A stretch of DNA of 64,000 nucleotides from an uncultured Actinomycetes bacterium (GTDB taxonomy: Bacteria; Actinomycetota; Acidimicrobiia; IMCC26256; BP-133): contig CAVRTC010000017.1 in assembly GCA_963723985.1 (NCBI GenBank), positions 94,108 through 158,107 of the forward strand. The letters are read 5' to 3'. The notes under the pieces are model-generated. The model saw nothing but the letters and a program-made list of their open reading frames with translations, was not told where the DNA came from and did not search any database. Position 1 is the stretch's first letter, and every line of letters begins with the position of its first letter. Position numbers and translations under genes: made by a program. Of the stretch, positions 31,167-40,659 are shown in pieces.

Positions 31167-32364
31167 GACCTCCCGCCTCATCCCTCCGGGGCGCGGGTGC
31201 CTCCGGAGGCTCCGGCGCGCTCGGAGGCTCCGGCGGGACGGACGGCGGCTTCGGCGGCGTCTGCGGCACGAACTGCAGCGGTGACAGCGGGATCGGCAGG
31301 CCCCGGACCGCCGGCTTGGCCGAGGCGGCGTCGAGGAACGGGCGAGGGTCGGGCGTGAACCAAGGGTCGTTGGCCATGTCGCGGAAGGCCGCCAGGGTCT
31401 CCGGCGAACTGGTGACCCGCCAGTCGAAGTCCTTGTTGGCGTCGAAGTAGACGACGGCCTTGATCCCCGGGAACTCGGTCTTGAGGGCCTCGCGGGCCTC
31501 GGTCAGCCACTGCGCTTTCTCGCCCGGCGCCCGCTCCTGGGCGCCGTACTCGCCGACCATCAGCGGCTTGCCGCGGGCGATGCCCCATTCGTAGAAGTGC
31601 TCGTAGATGCTGGCGAAGCTGCGCCACTTGTCCTTCTGCCGGCCGGGGGCCCAGTTGTAACCGTCGGCGCAGATCCAGTCGACGTACTCGTCGCCCGGGT
31701 AATAGGCGGGGGCGTTGCGGTCGTCCTCGCTGCGGAAGGCGGTGGCGTTGGGGCACCACACCCACTGCACGTTTGTGGCGCCCTCTTCGGCGAAGAGGTC
31801 GTGGATGCGCCGCCAGGCGGCGACGTAGAGGGCGGGATGCCGGGTGTTCTGGGCCTTCTGACGCCCGTCCATCTCCCACATCCAGCGGATCATCACCTTG
31901 GCGCCGAGCGCCTTGGTGGCTTGGGCCCGGGTGCGGATGAGCTCGTCGTACTGGCCGAGGCCGATAGCCAGGTTGAGCGTCTTGCCATTCCACGAGATCA
32001 GGGGGATCCGGCCATCGCGCAGGTCGGCCTCCTCCCGCGCCGTCGGGAACTCCTTGTCCCACGGATAGAAGTGGTGGTCGATGGCCAGGCGCCGCCCGAG
32101 GTCGCGCTCGCGCTGCTCGACCGCCGCCATCTGCACGTCGTGGTCGTCGCCGGGCGCCTGGACGTAGGCGCCGAAGAGGGCACCCGGCTGGCCGCCGGTC
32201 GGCGCCGTCGGTGACGACGGAAGGGCAGGAAGGCCGGGAAGCGCCGGCTGCAAATCAGCGCTGCTGCCACTCACGTTGACTGTCGCCACACTGGAAACAA
32301 GCACCACGAGAGCGGCGATCGTGCGGCGGACAAAGGACCCGGGAGAAGTGGGATTCGCACACAT
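31102..32364 (-). CDS. Glycoside hydrolase family 26, second paralog (true stop may be 31178 if a tail indel is present)
   Basis: IRWMWEMDG, YYPGDEYVDW, ADGYNW, LMVGEYG. Confidence 0.9.
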   Translation of the reverse strand: MCANPTSPGSFVRRTIAALVVLVSSVATVNVSGSSADLQPALPGLPALPSSPTAPTGGQPGALFGAYVQAPGDDHDVQMAAVEQRERDLGRRLAIDHHFYPWDKEFPTAREEADLRDGRIPLISWNGKTLNLAIGLGQYDELIRTRAQATKALGAKVMIRWMWEMDGRQKAQNTRHPALYVAAWRRIHDLFAEEGATNVQWVWCPNATAFRSEDDRNAPAYYPGDEYVDWICADGYNWAPGRQKDKWRSFASIYEHFYEWGIARGKPLMVGEYGAQERAPGEKAQWLTEAREALKTEFPGIKAVVYFDANKDFDWRVTSSPETLAAFRDMANDPWFTPDPRPFLDAASAKPAVRGLPIPLSPLQFVPQTPPKPPSVPPEPPSAPEPPEAPAPRRDEAGGPSGRGFRAGGQRDPRYRRRRR

Positions 32365-32459
32365 TTCACCCAGAACGTTACCGCGACCACGCCCGGTGGC
32401 AACAGCACCCCCGCCTGCCCCTGGAATGATCCGCCGTACCCTCCCTGCATAATCGTCCG

Positions 32460-33947
32460 GTGAACTTCACCCCGGTCGACTGGGCGATCGTCGTCGGGTA
32501 CCTCGTCGTGACGGTGGCCGTCGGCCTCATCGGCAAGCGGTTCGTCGGCAGCGTCTCGCACTACCTGGTGGCGGGGCGCGAGCTCGGCCTCTACGTCGGC
32601 ATCGCGACGCTGGCGGCGACCGAGATCGGCACGATCACCTTCATGTACAACGGCGAGTTCGGCTACAAGTACGGGTTCGCCGCCTTCGCCCCGGCGCTCA
32701 TCTCGGGCCTCGTGATGATCTTCGTCGGCCGCACGGGGTTCGTCATCCGTCGCTTCCGCGATCTCAAGCTGATGACGGTGCCCGAGTACTTCGAGGTCCG
32801 CTTCAGCCGGGGCCTGCGCATCGTCACGGGCGTGCTCGTGGCGGTCGGCGGCATCCTCAACATGGGCGTGTTCCTCAGGATCGAGGGCGAGTTCCTCACG
32901 ATCGTCAGCGGCATCGACTCGCGCCATCTCGTGGCCGTGATGACCGTGATCCTCCTGCTCGAGCTCGTCTACACCGTGCTCGGCGGCATGGTCTCGGTCG
33001 TCATCACGGACTTCATCCAGTACGTGCTGCTTTCGGTGGCGACGATCCTCGTCTCGATCTACGCCGTGACGTTCGCGGGGTGGGACAACATCGTCTCGAA
33101 GGTCACGACCGTGATGGGTGACGGCGGCTTCAGTCCCATAGAAAATCCGAAGTTCGGTATCACGTTCCTGGTGTGGCAGACGCTGCTGTGGCTCTCGCTG
33201 CACACCTGCTGGCAAACGACGGCGATGCGCGTCTTCTCGACCAAGAGTGCCGAGACCTCCAAGCGCGTGATGACCTGGACGGGCTTCATCTTCCTCGGCC
33301 GGGGCATGCTCCCGATGCTGTGGGGCATCGCGGCCCTCACGCTCTACGGGACGGGCGCGCTCCAGGGCGGCGTTCCGCAACCGGTCGTCGACGGACAGAC
33401 GCTGGCGCCGATCGAGGCAATGCCCGCCATGCTCGCCGACATCCTCGGCCCCGGCGTGCGCGGCGTCGTCGTCGCCGGAATGCTGGCGGCGACGATGTCG
33501 GTCAACAGCTCGTACCTGCTCGGGTGGAGCGCGGTCATCTCCCAGGATGTCGTCCTGCCGGTCCGCCAGGCACTCGGCAAGGGGGCCCTCAGCTCGCGCG
33601 CCCAGATCTTCGTCAACCGGATCGCGAACCTCTTCGTCAGCCTGTTCCTAATGTTCTGGGGGCTCTATTACACGCCGCCCGGCGCGGTCTATCTCTACCT
33701 GAACATCACGGGCACGATCTTTCTGGCCGGCGCGTTCGTGTGCGTCGTCGGCGGCTTGTACTGGAAACGGTCGAACACCCTCGGGGGGTACGTCGCGATG
33801 CTGGCGGGCGCCGCCGGGGCGATCGTTCCCTTCTTCTTTCTCGAGTGGAACGAGAACGTGACGGGGTTCGCGGCGTTCGGGCTCGCGCTGTGCGGCCTCG
33901 TCGTCGGGTCGCTGCTCGGACGCCGATCAGCGCGGAGGGCGAGATGA
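32460..33947 (+). CDS. Sodium:solute symporter (SSS) family
   Basis: YLVAGR, TVPEYFE.RF, YTVLGG..SV.ITD, AATMS; CATAAT 6 nt before GTG. Confidence 0.92.
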   Translation: MNFTPVDWAIVVGYLVVTVAVGLIGKRFVGSVSHYLVAGRELGLYVGIATLAATEIGTITFMYNGEFGYKYGFAAFAPALISGLVMIFVGRTGFVIRRFRDLKLMTVPEYFEVRFSRGLRIVTGVLVAVGGILNMGVFLRIEGEFLTIVSGIDSRHLVAVMTVILLLELVYTVLGGMVSVVITDFIQYVLLSVATILVSIYAVTFAGWDNIVSKVTTVMGDGGFSPIENPKFGITFLVWQTLLWLSLHTCWQTTAMRVFSTKSAETSKRVMTWTGFIFLGRGMLPMLWGIAALTLYGTGALQGGVPQPVVDGQTLAPIEAMPAMLADILGPGVRGVVVAGMLAATMSVNSSYLLGWSAVISQDVVLPVRQALGKGALSSRAQIFVNRIANLFVSLFLMFWGLYYTPPGAVYLYLNITGTIFLAGAFVCVVGGLYWKRSNTLGGYVAMLAGAAGAIVPFFFLEWNENVTGFAAFGLALCGLVVGSLLGRRSARRAR

Positions 33948-34090
33948 ATCTCTGGCTGATCTTCTGGACGCTGATGTTGGTCGTCGCGGGCGCATCGTTC
34001 GCAACGATCACGCTCGTCGTGTCGGTGCGGGGCGTGCGCGACCTACGGCAGTGGTTCGCGAGCCTGAGCCGGCAAAACACCGATCCGTAG
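33944..34090 (+). CDS. Small single-TM partner of the symporter
   Basis: ATGA overlap; MNLWLIFWTLMLVVAG...GVRDLRQWF. Confidence 0.75.
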   Translation: MNLWLIFWTLMLVVAGASFATITLVVSVRGVRDLRQWFASLSRQNTDP

Positions 34091-34103
34091 GGGGCGGCAA
34101 CAC

Positions 34104-34136
34104 TTATCCACAAGATGTTCCACCTGTTGATCCACA
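34104..34136 (+). promoter_or_regulatory. Three tandem DnaA-box-like nonamers
   Basis: TTATCCACA (perfect), TGTTCCACC, TGATCCACA at 12-bp period. Confidence 0.7.
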
Positions 34137-34160
34137 GGGCTTCAGGCGTACCGTCGTCCT

Positions 34161-34442
34161 ATGGAGAGTCCCGTGGTGTTCGAGGTGTCCTTGTCTGACG
34201 GTGAGACACAAGTGGTCTGTGGTGCGAACGCCTACGTCCAGGAGGGTCCGCTCACCACCTTCTTCTCCTCACCGAGGAGCCGGGCCCAGATCGACTCCCG
34301 GTCGGAGCGGCTGGGCAGTTTCCGTACCGCCGACATCCGCCGGATCGTCCGCCGCGACGTCGAGGAAGTCGGTCTCCGGGCCGTCCCCGACGGCGCCGAC
34401 GACGGTTACGGCCACTACGTGTTCGGGACGGGCCGGGCCTAG
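34161..34442 (+). CDS. Small hypothetical protein, leaderless
   Basis: TACCGT 6 nt before ATG; 93 aa. Confidence 0.75.
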   Translation: MESPVVFEVSLSDGETQVVCGANAYVQEGPLTTFFSSPRSRAQIDSRSERLGSFRTADIRRIVRRDVEEVGLRAVPDGADDGYGHYVFGTGRA

Positions 34443-34930
34443 CCCAGCGGCCCCGGAGCGTCGTCGCCCGGCTGAGGTTCACCGTCGGCATCCTCCGCCA
34501 TGCGGTCGGCGTAGTGATGCGCTTCGAGCCGGTTGAGGACGGGCAGGTGCCGCAACTCCAGATCGAGCAAGGTCAGCAGGGTCACGAAGACGGCCAGCCA
34601 GGGGTGGCCGGTGCCGGCCACGACGCCGATGCCGGTGGCGGCGAAGATCGCCGCGGCGGAGGTGACACCGCGGATCATGCCCATGCCGCCCCGGAGCACG
34701 AGACCGGCGCCGATGAAGCCGACGCCGGTGACCACGCCGCCGATGGCCTGGGGCGCCGGGCCAACGGTCACCGCCGTTATGGCCGCGGCCGCCGTGCCGA
34801 CCAGCGAGAACGTGCGGTCACCGGCCGCCGCGCCCCGCAGCGCCCGTTCGAAGCCGACGGCGTAGCAGAGCAGGAAGGCCAGCCCTACCCGTCCGAAGAG
34901 GACGAGATCTTCGTGGCTCACGGTCGCCAT
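34439..34930 (-). CDS. MgtC/SapB family membrane protein
   Basis: GFER...AG.RTF, VVTGVGFIGAG, GVTSAA. Confidence 0.9.
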   Translation of the reverse strand: MATVSHEDLVLFGRVGLAFLLCYAVGFERALRGAAAGDRTFSLVGTAAAAITAVTVGPAPQAIGGVVTGVGFIGAGLVLRGGMGMIRGVTSAAAIFAATGIGVVAGTGHPWLAVFVTLLTLLDLELRHLPVLNRLEAHHYADRMAEDADGEPQPGDDAPGPLG

Positions 34931-34984
34931 CGCATGGGCCCGATTGAACCAGCCCGGGAAGCCGGGGCGGTGGACCCGAGTGCC

Positions 34985-35650
34985 TCACCCAGGCGGGCTG
35001 GCGCCGAAGATGGCGAAGACCGTGCGAAGGATCGGGTCGGCGAGGTCGGGTACCTCGGCTGGGCCCCGGGTGCGGATGCAGTCCCGGACGAGCTCTTCGA
35101 GGCCGGCGGCCAGGGTGGTGAAGACCTCGTCGGGGAGTGGCGGGAGCGCGGGGTCCTCGGCCCGGGCCCGCTCGTGGACGTTGCGCCACACACCGCTGAA
35201 CATGGTGAGCATCCCGGCCCGCCGGTCGAGGGCGGCGGGGCCGGCGGTGAGGATCTCGACCTGGAGGGCTCGGGCGAAGGCGGGTTCGGAGGCCAGGAGC
35301 GCCAGGAAGGCCTCCACCCCCGAACGGGCCCGCTCCCGCCATCCGGCATCGGCGTCCGCCTCGGCCGCCTGGCGGATGTGGGCCAGGACCGCGGCCAGTC
35401 CGGCGTCGTAGGCGGCCAGGAAAGAGGCCTCCTTGTCGGCGAACTGCTCGTAGAACGTGCGCCGGGAGACCCCGGCCCGCTCGACCACGTCGGCCACCGT
35501 GGTGGCGCCGTAGCCCTTCTCGGCCACGATGTGGGCCATGGCGTCGATCAGGCGGGCCCGTTGGGAGGCGGCCACGGCCTCGCGGGTCAGGCCGTGCCGT
35601 CCGCTCGGGAGGCGGCTGGCCGGCTCGGGCGGGATCTGACCGGGCGTCAT
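34985..35650 (-). CDS. TetR/AcrR family regulator
   Basis: LPSGRHGL, TTVADVVERAGVSRRTFYEQF. Confidence 0.93.
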   Translation of the reverse strand: MTPGQIPPEPASRLPSGRHGLTREAVAASQRARLIDAMAHIVAEKGYGATTVADVVERAGVSRRTFYEQFADKEASFLAAYDAGLAAVLAHIRQAAEADADAGWRERARSGVEAFLALLASEPAFARALQVEILTAGPAALDRRAGMLTMFSGVWRNVHERARAEDPALPPLPDEVFTTLAAGLEELVRDCIRTRGPAEVPDLADPILRTVFAIFGASPPG

Positions 35651-36988
35651 CGGACACCTCCGGGGAGGCCGGCGACTTCAGCCGTCGGAGGAATCGGCGG
35701 CGCGGACGTGCCGCCCCCGCGGTTTGTGTCACAGCCTGTTCGTAGGATTGGCGGGTGAGGTTTCGGCTCTATCCGACGCCTGCCCAGGAGGAGTGTCTGC
35801 GTGGGCATTGCGCTCAGGCGCGCTTCGTGTGGAACCTGGCTTTGGAGCAGGCCAATTGGTACCGGCCGGAGTGGGGGCCGACCCCGGGTTACGTCGCCCA
35901 GAGCGCCCAGCTGACCGAGGCGAGGGTGGCCAACGGGTGGCTCGCCTCGGGGTCGTTCACCGTCCAGCAGCAGGCGTTGCGGGACTTCGCCCAGGCAATG
36001 AGGAACTGGTGGGCGGGTACTCACCGCCGGCCGACATGGCGCAAGAAGGGCTGCCACGAGGGGTTCCGGATCGTGGCGGTGAAGGCGGGACATCTCCGTC
36101 GCTTGAACCGCCGGGGCGCCGAGGTGTTCGTCCCCAAGGTCGGCTGGGTCCGGTTCCGGCTGACCCGGCCGCTTCCCGCTGGGGTCAAGTCCTACCGGAT
36201 CAAGCTCGACCGGGCCGGCCGCTGGCACCTCGCTCTGGCGCTGAAACCCGAGCCGGTCGAGCGGATTCCCACCGCGGCGATGATCGGTATCGACCGAGGG
36301 GTGGCCAACACCCTGGCCACCAGCGACGGGCAACTGCTTCACGCCCCAGTGCCGACGCCGGCGGAGCGGGCCCGCCTGGCCCGACTCCAGCGCCGTCTCG
36401 CCCGCCGCAAGAAGGGGTCGCGGCGCCGGGAGCGGGCCCGGATGGCGGTCGCCCGTCTGCGGGCCCGGGACGCCGACCGGGCCAAGGACTGGGTGGAGAA
36501 GACCACGACCGGCCTGGTGCGGGACTACGACCTCCTCGCCATCGAGCGTCTGCAGGTGAGGGCCATGACCCGCTCCGCCCGGGGCACCATCGAGGCGCCG
36601 GGCCGCAACGTGGCGGCCAAGTCGGGGCTGAACCGGGAGATCCTCGCCCGGCGCTGGGGCCTCTTCGCTCGCCGCTTGTGTGAGAAGGCCGCCCTGGCGG
36701 GGGTGGTGGTGGTGAAGGTGGACCCACTGAACACGTCGAGGCGATGCCACGCCTGCGGCCAGGTCGCCGCCGAGAACCGTAAGAGCCAAGCGGTCTTCGG
36801 CTGCGTCGCCTGCGGGCATGTCGCCCACGCCGACGTGAACGCCGCTCTGAACATCCTGGCCGCCGGACGGGCGGTGACCGCGCAGGGAGAGGCTGTCGTT
36901 GTGGCCTCGATGAACTGCGAACCTCAACACGCACCTCCCACAGCTGCGTAGTTGGAATCCCACGGCTTCGGCCGTGGGAGGACGTCAA
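35651..36988 (+). mobile_element. IS200/IS605-family element, TnpB-only (IS1341-like)
   Basis: Left hairpin 35669-35688 preceded by GAGG; right hairpin 36959-36978 preceded by GAAT and ending 10 nt later in TCAA; inferred target TCAT at 35647-35650; no tnpA, no target duplication. Confidence 0.85.
35755..36951 (+). CDS. tnpB: TnpB RNA-guided endonuclease
   Basis: FRLYPT, GIDRG (RuvC-I), IERL (RuvC-II), CHAC/CVAC zinc finger, ADVNAA (RuvC-III); TAGGAT 6 nt before GTG. Confidence 0.95.
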   Translation: MRFRLYPTPAQEECLRGHCAQARFVWNLALEQANWYRPEWGPTPGYVAQSAQLTEARVANGWLASGSFTVQQQALRDFAQAMRNWWAGTHRRPTWRKKGCHEGFRIVAVKAGHLRRLNRRGAEVFVPKVGWVRFRLTRPLPAGVKSYRIKLDRAGRWHLALALKPEPVERIPTAAMIGIDRGVANTLATSDGQLLHAPVPTPAERARLARLQRRLARRKKGSRRRERARMAVARLRARDADRAKDWVEKTTTGLVRDYDLLAIERLQVRAMTRSARGTIEAPGRNVAAKSGLNREILARRWGLFARRLCEKAALAGVVVVKVDPLNTSRRCHACGQVAAENRKSQAVFGCVACGHVAHADVNAALNILAAGRAVTAQGEAVVVASMNCEPQHAPPTAA

Positions 36989-37004
36989 CGATCCCTAGAG
37001 TACG
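36830..37004 (+). ncRNA. Predicted omega/reRNA of TnpB (5' boundary approximate; guide = flank from 36989)
   Basis: Inferred from known TnpB biology: scaffold overlaps tnpB 3' end and the right end, guide derives from flanking DNA. Confidence 0.55.
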
Positions 37005-37009
37005 GAAGC

Positions 37010-37633
37010 GTGACCTACGTCGACTCTGACCATCCCGCCGTCGTCGCCTTCGCCGAGCAGGCGACGGCCGGTGCCAGCACCGACCGGGACAGGGCCGTGG
37101 CGCTCTACTACGCCGTGCGGGACGGGATCCGGTACGACCCCTACACGATGTCGGCCGATCCCGAGACCTACCGGGCCAGCACGGTGCTGCGGAGCGGAGT
37201 GTCGTACTGCATTCCCAAGTCGGTGCTGCTCTGTGCCGCGGCCCGAGCCGTCGGTCTCACCGCCCGGCTCGGTTTCGCTGACGTCCGCAACCACCTCAAC
37301 ACCGAGAAGCTCCGGGAACGCATGGGGGGGTCGGATCTGTTCGTCTGGCATGGCTACACCGAATTCCTGCTCGACTCGCGCTGGGTCAAGGTCACGTCGG
37401 CCTTCAACATCGAGCTGTGCCAGCGGTTCGGGGTCAAGGCCATGGAATTCGACGGCGAGCACGACGCGCTGCTGCACCCCTACACGGTCGACGGACGTCA
37501 CCACATGGAGTACGTCCAGGAGCGCGGCAGCTTCGACGAACTGCCGTACGACGAGATCATGGCCGACTTCCGTGCCGCCTACCCCTTGATGTTCGAGGTC
37601 GCCGCTCCCTCCGACGTCGCCTTCCGTCCATAA
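37010..37633 (+). CDS. Transglutaminase-like superfamily protein
   Basis: DSDHP, AVRDGIRYDPY, YCIPKS, FADVRNHL, WHG; TAGAGT 8 nt before GTG. Confidence 0.88.
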   Translation: MTYVDSDHPAVVAFAEQATAGASTDRDRAVALYYAVRDGIRYDPYTMSADPETYRASTVLRSGVSYCIPKSVLLCAAARAVGLTARLGFADVRNHLNTEKLRERMGGSDLFVWHGYTEFLLDSRWVKVTSAFNIELCQRFGVKAMEFDGEHDALLHPYTVDGRHHMEYVQERGSFDELPYDEIMADFRAAYPLMFEVAAPSDVAFRP

Positions 37634-37701
37634 GCAAACCCTGATGGGTTGACGGCGGAAACTCCATAGACAGCCGATGGGTGGCGCGGGACCATCGGTC
37701 G

Positions 37702-38763
37702 ATGAACGGGACAGACGTCCGGGTCGCCATCAACGGCTTCGGACGGATCGGCCGCCAGGTCCTCCGCCAGATCTCCCGGTCGGCCCAGGGCCTCGACGTG
37801 GTGGTGGTGAACTCGGTGCGGGCCAAACCCGACCTGTGCGCCCACCTGTTCAAGTACGACTCGGTCTTCGGCCGGTTCCCCGGCTGCGTCGAGCACGACG
37901 CCGACCATCTCGTCATCGACGGCCGTCCCGTGCGGATCACCGCCCAGGCCGATCCGCTCCTGTGTCCCTGGCACGCCTTCGACGTCGACGTGGTCATCGA
38001 GGCCACCGGGCGGTTCACCCACCGCGACGAGGCCGTCGCCCACCTCCGGGCCGGGGCCCGCAAGGTGCTCATCACCGCTCCCGCCCGGTACGAGGATCTG
38101 ACGGTCGTCATGGGAGTCAACGACGCCAGCTACGACCCCGACCGGCACCACGTGGTGTCGGCCGCGTCCTGCACCACCAACTGCCTGGCCCCGGTGCTGT
38201 CGGTGCTGCACGACTCGTTCGGCGTGTCGGGCGGGCTGATGACCACCATCCATGCCTTCACCCGCGACCAGGAGCTGCTCGACGGCACCAACGGCGACCT
38301 GCGCCGGGCTCGGGCCGCCACGCTCAACATGACCCCGACCAAGACCGGTGCGGCTCGCGCCATCGACAAGGTGATGCCCCACCTGGCCGGGCGGATCGTG
38401 GGGATCGCCGTGCGGGTGCCGATCCCCGACGTCAGCCTGGTCGACCTCTCGGCCACGTTCGACGCACCGGCCACCGTCGAGGAGATCAACGACGCGTTCC
38501 GCGATGCGGCCGGCGGGCGCCTGCGGGGCATCCTCGACGTGACCGAGGAGCCGCTGGTGTCGGGCGACTTTCACGGCGACACCAACTCCGCCGTCATCGA
38601 CCTCGTTTCCACCCGGCGGGGTCCGGGCACCCAGGCCAAGGTGCTGGCCTGGTACGACAACGAAGCCGGCTATTCGGCCCGGGTGATCGACCTCTGCCGC
38701 TTGCTCGGGGCAGGGAGCTCGACACTGACCCGTGTCCCGCTGCCCACCGCCGAGGTGAGCTGA
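37702..38763 (+). CDS. gap: Type I glyceraldehyde-3-phosphate dehydrogenase
   Basis: INGFGRIGR, ASCTTNCL, TGAA, WYDNE. Confidence 0.95.
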   Translation: MNGTDVRVAINGFGRIGRQVLRQISRSAQGLDVVVVNSVRAKPDLCAHLFKYDSVFGRFPGCVEHDADHLVIDGRPVRITAQADPLLCPWHAFDVDVVIEATGRFTHRDEAVAHLRAGARKVLITAPARYEDLTVVMGVNDASYDPDRHHVVSAASCTTNCLAPVLSVLHDSFGVSGGLMTTIHAFTRDQELLDGTNGDLRRARAATLNMTPTKTGAARAIDKVMPHLAGRIVGIAVRVPIPDVSLVDLSATFDAPATVEEINDAFRDAAGGRLRGILDVTEEPLVSGDFHGDTNSAVIDLVSTRRGPGTQAKVLAWYDNEAGYSARVIDLCRLLGAGSSTLTRVPLPTAEVS

Positions 38764-39853
38764 AGTCGGGCGCCGACCAGTTCGGCCCGCTCCCGCATGC
38801 CGACCAAACCGTAGGCCGGATCGGCTCGCTGGCTCCGGTCCGTCCCGGCCGGATCGAAGCCGCGGCCGTCGTCCTCCACCACGAGGTGCACGGACCCGTC
38901 AGGCGTCGTGAGCCGGACGCTCACCCGGTCGGCGTCGGCGTGCTTCATCACGTTTTGCAGCGCCTCCTGGGCGATCCGGTAGAGGGCCACCTCCACGTGG
39001 GCCGGCAGCCGACAGGGAACGACGTCCACCTCCACTTCGGGCCCGGCCACGGTGCGGGCCAGGCTCTCCAGGCTGGGGCCGAGGCCGAGGTCGTCGAGCA
39101 GCGACGGGCGCAGCCCGGCGATGGCCACGCGGGCTTCGTCGAGGGCGGCACTGGTGAGCTCCTTGGCCACGCTCAGCTCCCGACCCGCCACCTCCGGGTC
39201 GGACACGAAGGCCTCGGCCGCCTGGAGGCGGTACCAGAGGCTGATGAGCCGCTGGCTGATCCCGTCGTGGATCTCGCCGGCCAGGCGGCGGCGCTCGTGC
39301 TCCTGGGCGTCGACGGTGCGGGCGGCGAACTGCTCCAGCATCCGCTCCCGCTCCGCCAGGCGCTCGTAGAGGCGGGCGTTCTCGATGGTGCGGGCCATGA
39401 GGTTCCCCACCTGGGTCAGGAGGGCGACGTCGTTGTCGCCGTAGCGGCGGGGCGTGCGGGAGTGGACGTTGAGGGCCCCCACCACCTTCTGGCCCCGACC
39501 CAGCAATGGCACCGACACCAGGGACTGGTAGTCCTCTCCCCGCAGGGCGGGGATGTAGACGTAGCGGTCGTCCTTCCACTTGTCGGGGACGACGGCCGGC
39601 TCGGCGTGGAGCGCCACCCACCCCGCCACACCCTCTCCGAGGGCCAGCTCGACCGTCCCCGACAGGTTCGTGAATGGCGGAGTGGCCCCCATGAGCACCA
39701 GGCGCTGCCGGGCGTCGTCGAGTACATGGACAAAGCACACGTCCGAGCCCGTGGCCTCGGTGACGAGGACGGCAACCTGGTCAGCCACCTCCCGCAGGTT
39801 GAGGTCGGACGAGGTGACCTCGATGATCCGGCGTAGGAGAACGGTGTCCTTAA
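38670..39853 (-). CDS. Soluble GAF-domain histidine kinase (HisKA_3)
   Basis: GEGVAGWVA GAF, EIHDGISQ, QEALQN, DDGRGF, GLVGMRER; start probably coupled to the regulator stop. Confidence 0.9.
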
Positions 39854-40560
39854 TGGAAGATGCCCTCGCGCAGGGCGACGGCGATGGCCTGGGAGCGGTC
39901 GCCGACGTCGAGCTTCCGGTAGATGGAGCGGCTGTGCGTCTTGACCGTCTCCTCGCCGATGTAGAGCTGCTGGCCGATGGCCCGGTTGGACAGGCCCCGG
40001 ACGATGAGCTGGAGCACCTCGCTCTCCCGCTGGGTGAGGCCGAGGTGGGCGCCGGGCCAGAATTCGCCGCTCTGGAGGCGGGCGGCGGTGACCGCCACCC
40101 GGCCGGCCAGGGCCGGGTCGATGGTGACCTCCCCGCCCATGACCCGCTCGAGGTGCCCGGCCAGCTCCCCAGCCGTGGTGCGCTTGAGGAGGAAACCCGA
40201 CGCCCCCACCCGCAGCGCCTGGAACAGGTACTGCTCGTCGTCGTAGACGGTGAAGAACACGACCTTGACCTGCTGGTGGCGACGGGTCAGCTCCTGGCAG
40301 ACGTCGAGGCCGCTGGCGCCTTTCAGGCGGACGTCGAGGAGGACGACGTCGGGCTGGAGGTCGGCGGCCATCCGGAGGGCGGCGTCCGGTTCGGTGGTGA
40401 CGCCGACGACGGAGACCCGGTCGCGCTCCGAGGCCAGCATCGACACCAGCCCCTCCAGCACCACCTGGTGGTCGTCGACGAGCAGGAGGCGGACGGGCCC
40501 GGCGGCGCTCTGACCGGGGCCTGAGGCTTTGGACGCGCGGGGATCCACCTTCTGTTCCAC
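39850..40560 (-). CDS. NarL/LuxR-family response regulator
   Basis: LVDDH, LLDVRL, LTQRESEVL, ETVKTH. Confidence 0.93.
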   Translation of the reverse strand: MEQKVDPRASKASGPGQSAAGPVRLLLVDDHQVVLEGLVSMLASERDRVSVVGVTTEPDAALRMAADLQPDVVLLDVRLKGASGLDVCQELTRRHQQVKVVFFTVYDDEQYLFQALRVGASGFLLKRTTAGELAGHLERVMGGEVTIDPALAGRVAVTAARLQSGEFWPGAHLGLTQRESEVLQLIVRGLSNRAIGQQLYIGEETVKTHSRSIYRKLDVGDRSQAIAVALREGIFH

Positions 40561-40607
40561 CGGGGAAGTCTCCCACCGTTGGAAGCCCCGCAACATCCCC
40601 CGCGGGT

Positions 40608-40624
40608 GTCCCCCGAGGGGGGAC
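40608..40624. promoter_or_regulatory. 7-3-7 inverted repeat upstream of prk
   Basis: GTCCCCC-GAG-GGGGGAC, centred about 44 nt before the ATG; -10 TACCGT at 40646. Confidence 0.5.
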
Positions 40625-40659
40625 GATCCCGGACCGGCCGAGCCGTACCGTCCGTCCCT

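Noticed and set aside
34104-34136. oriC
   Set aside because: Only three boxes, no unwinding element, no dnaA/dnaN nearby
35755-36951. Nuclease-dead TnpB (TldR-like repressor) aimed at the adjacent promoter
   Set aside because: All three RuvC acidic residues and both IS ends are present, and the filled allele has TCAA rather than the inferred TAM next to the guide match
39845-39856. Non-canonical ATT start for the GAF kinase
   Set aside because: One missing G would restore an ordinary TTGA stop/start overlap, likely given the indel rate
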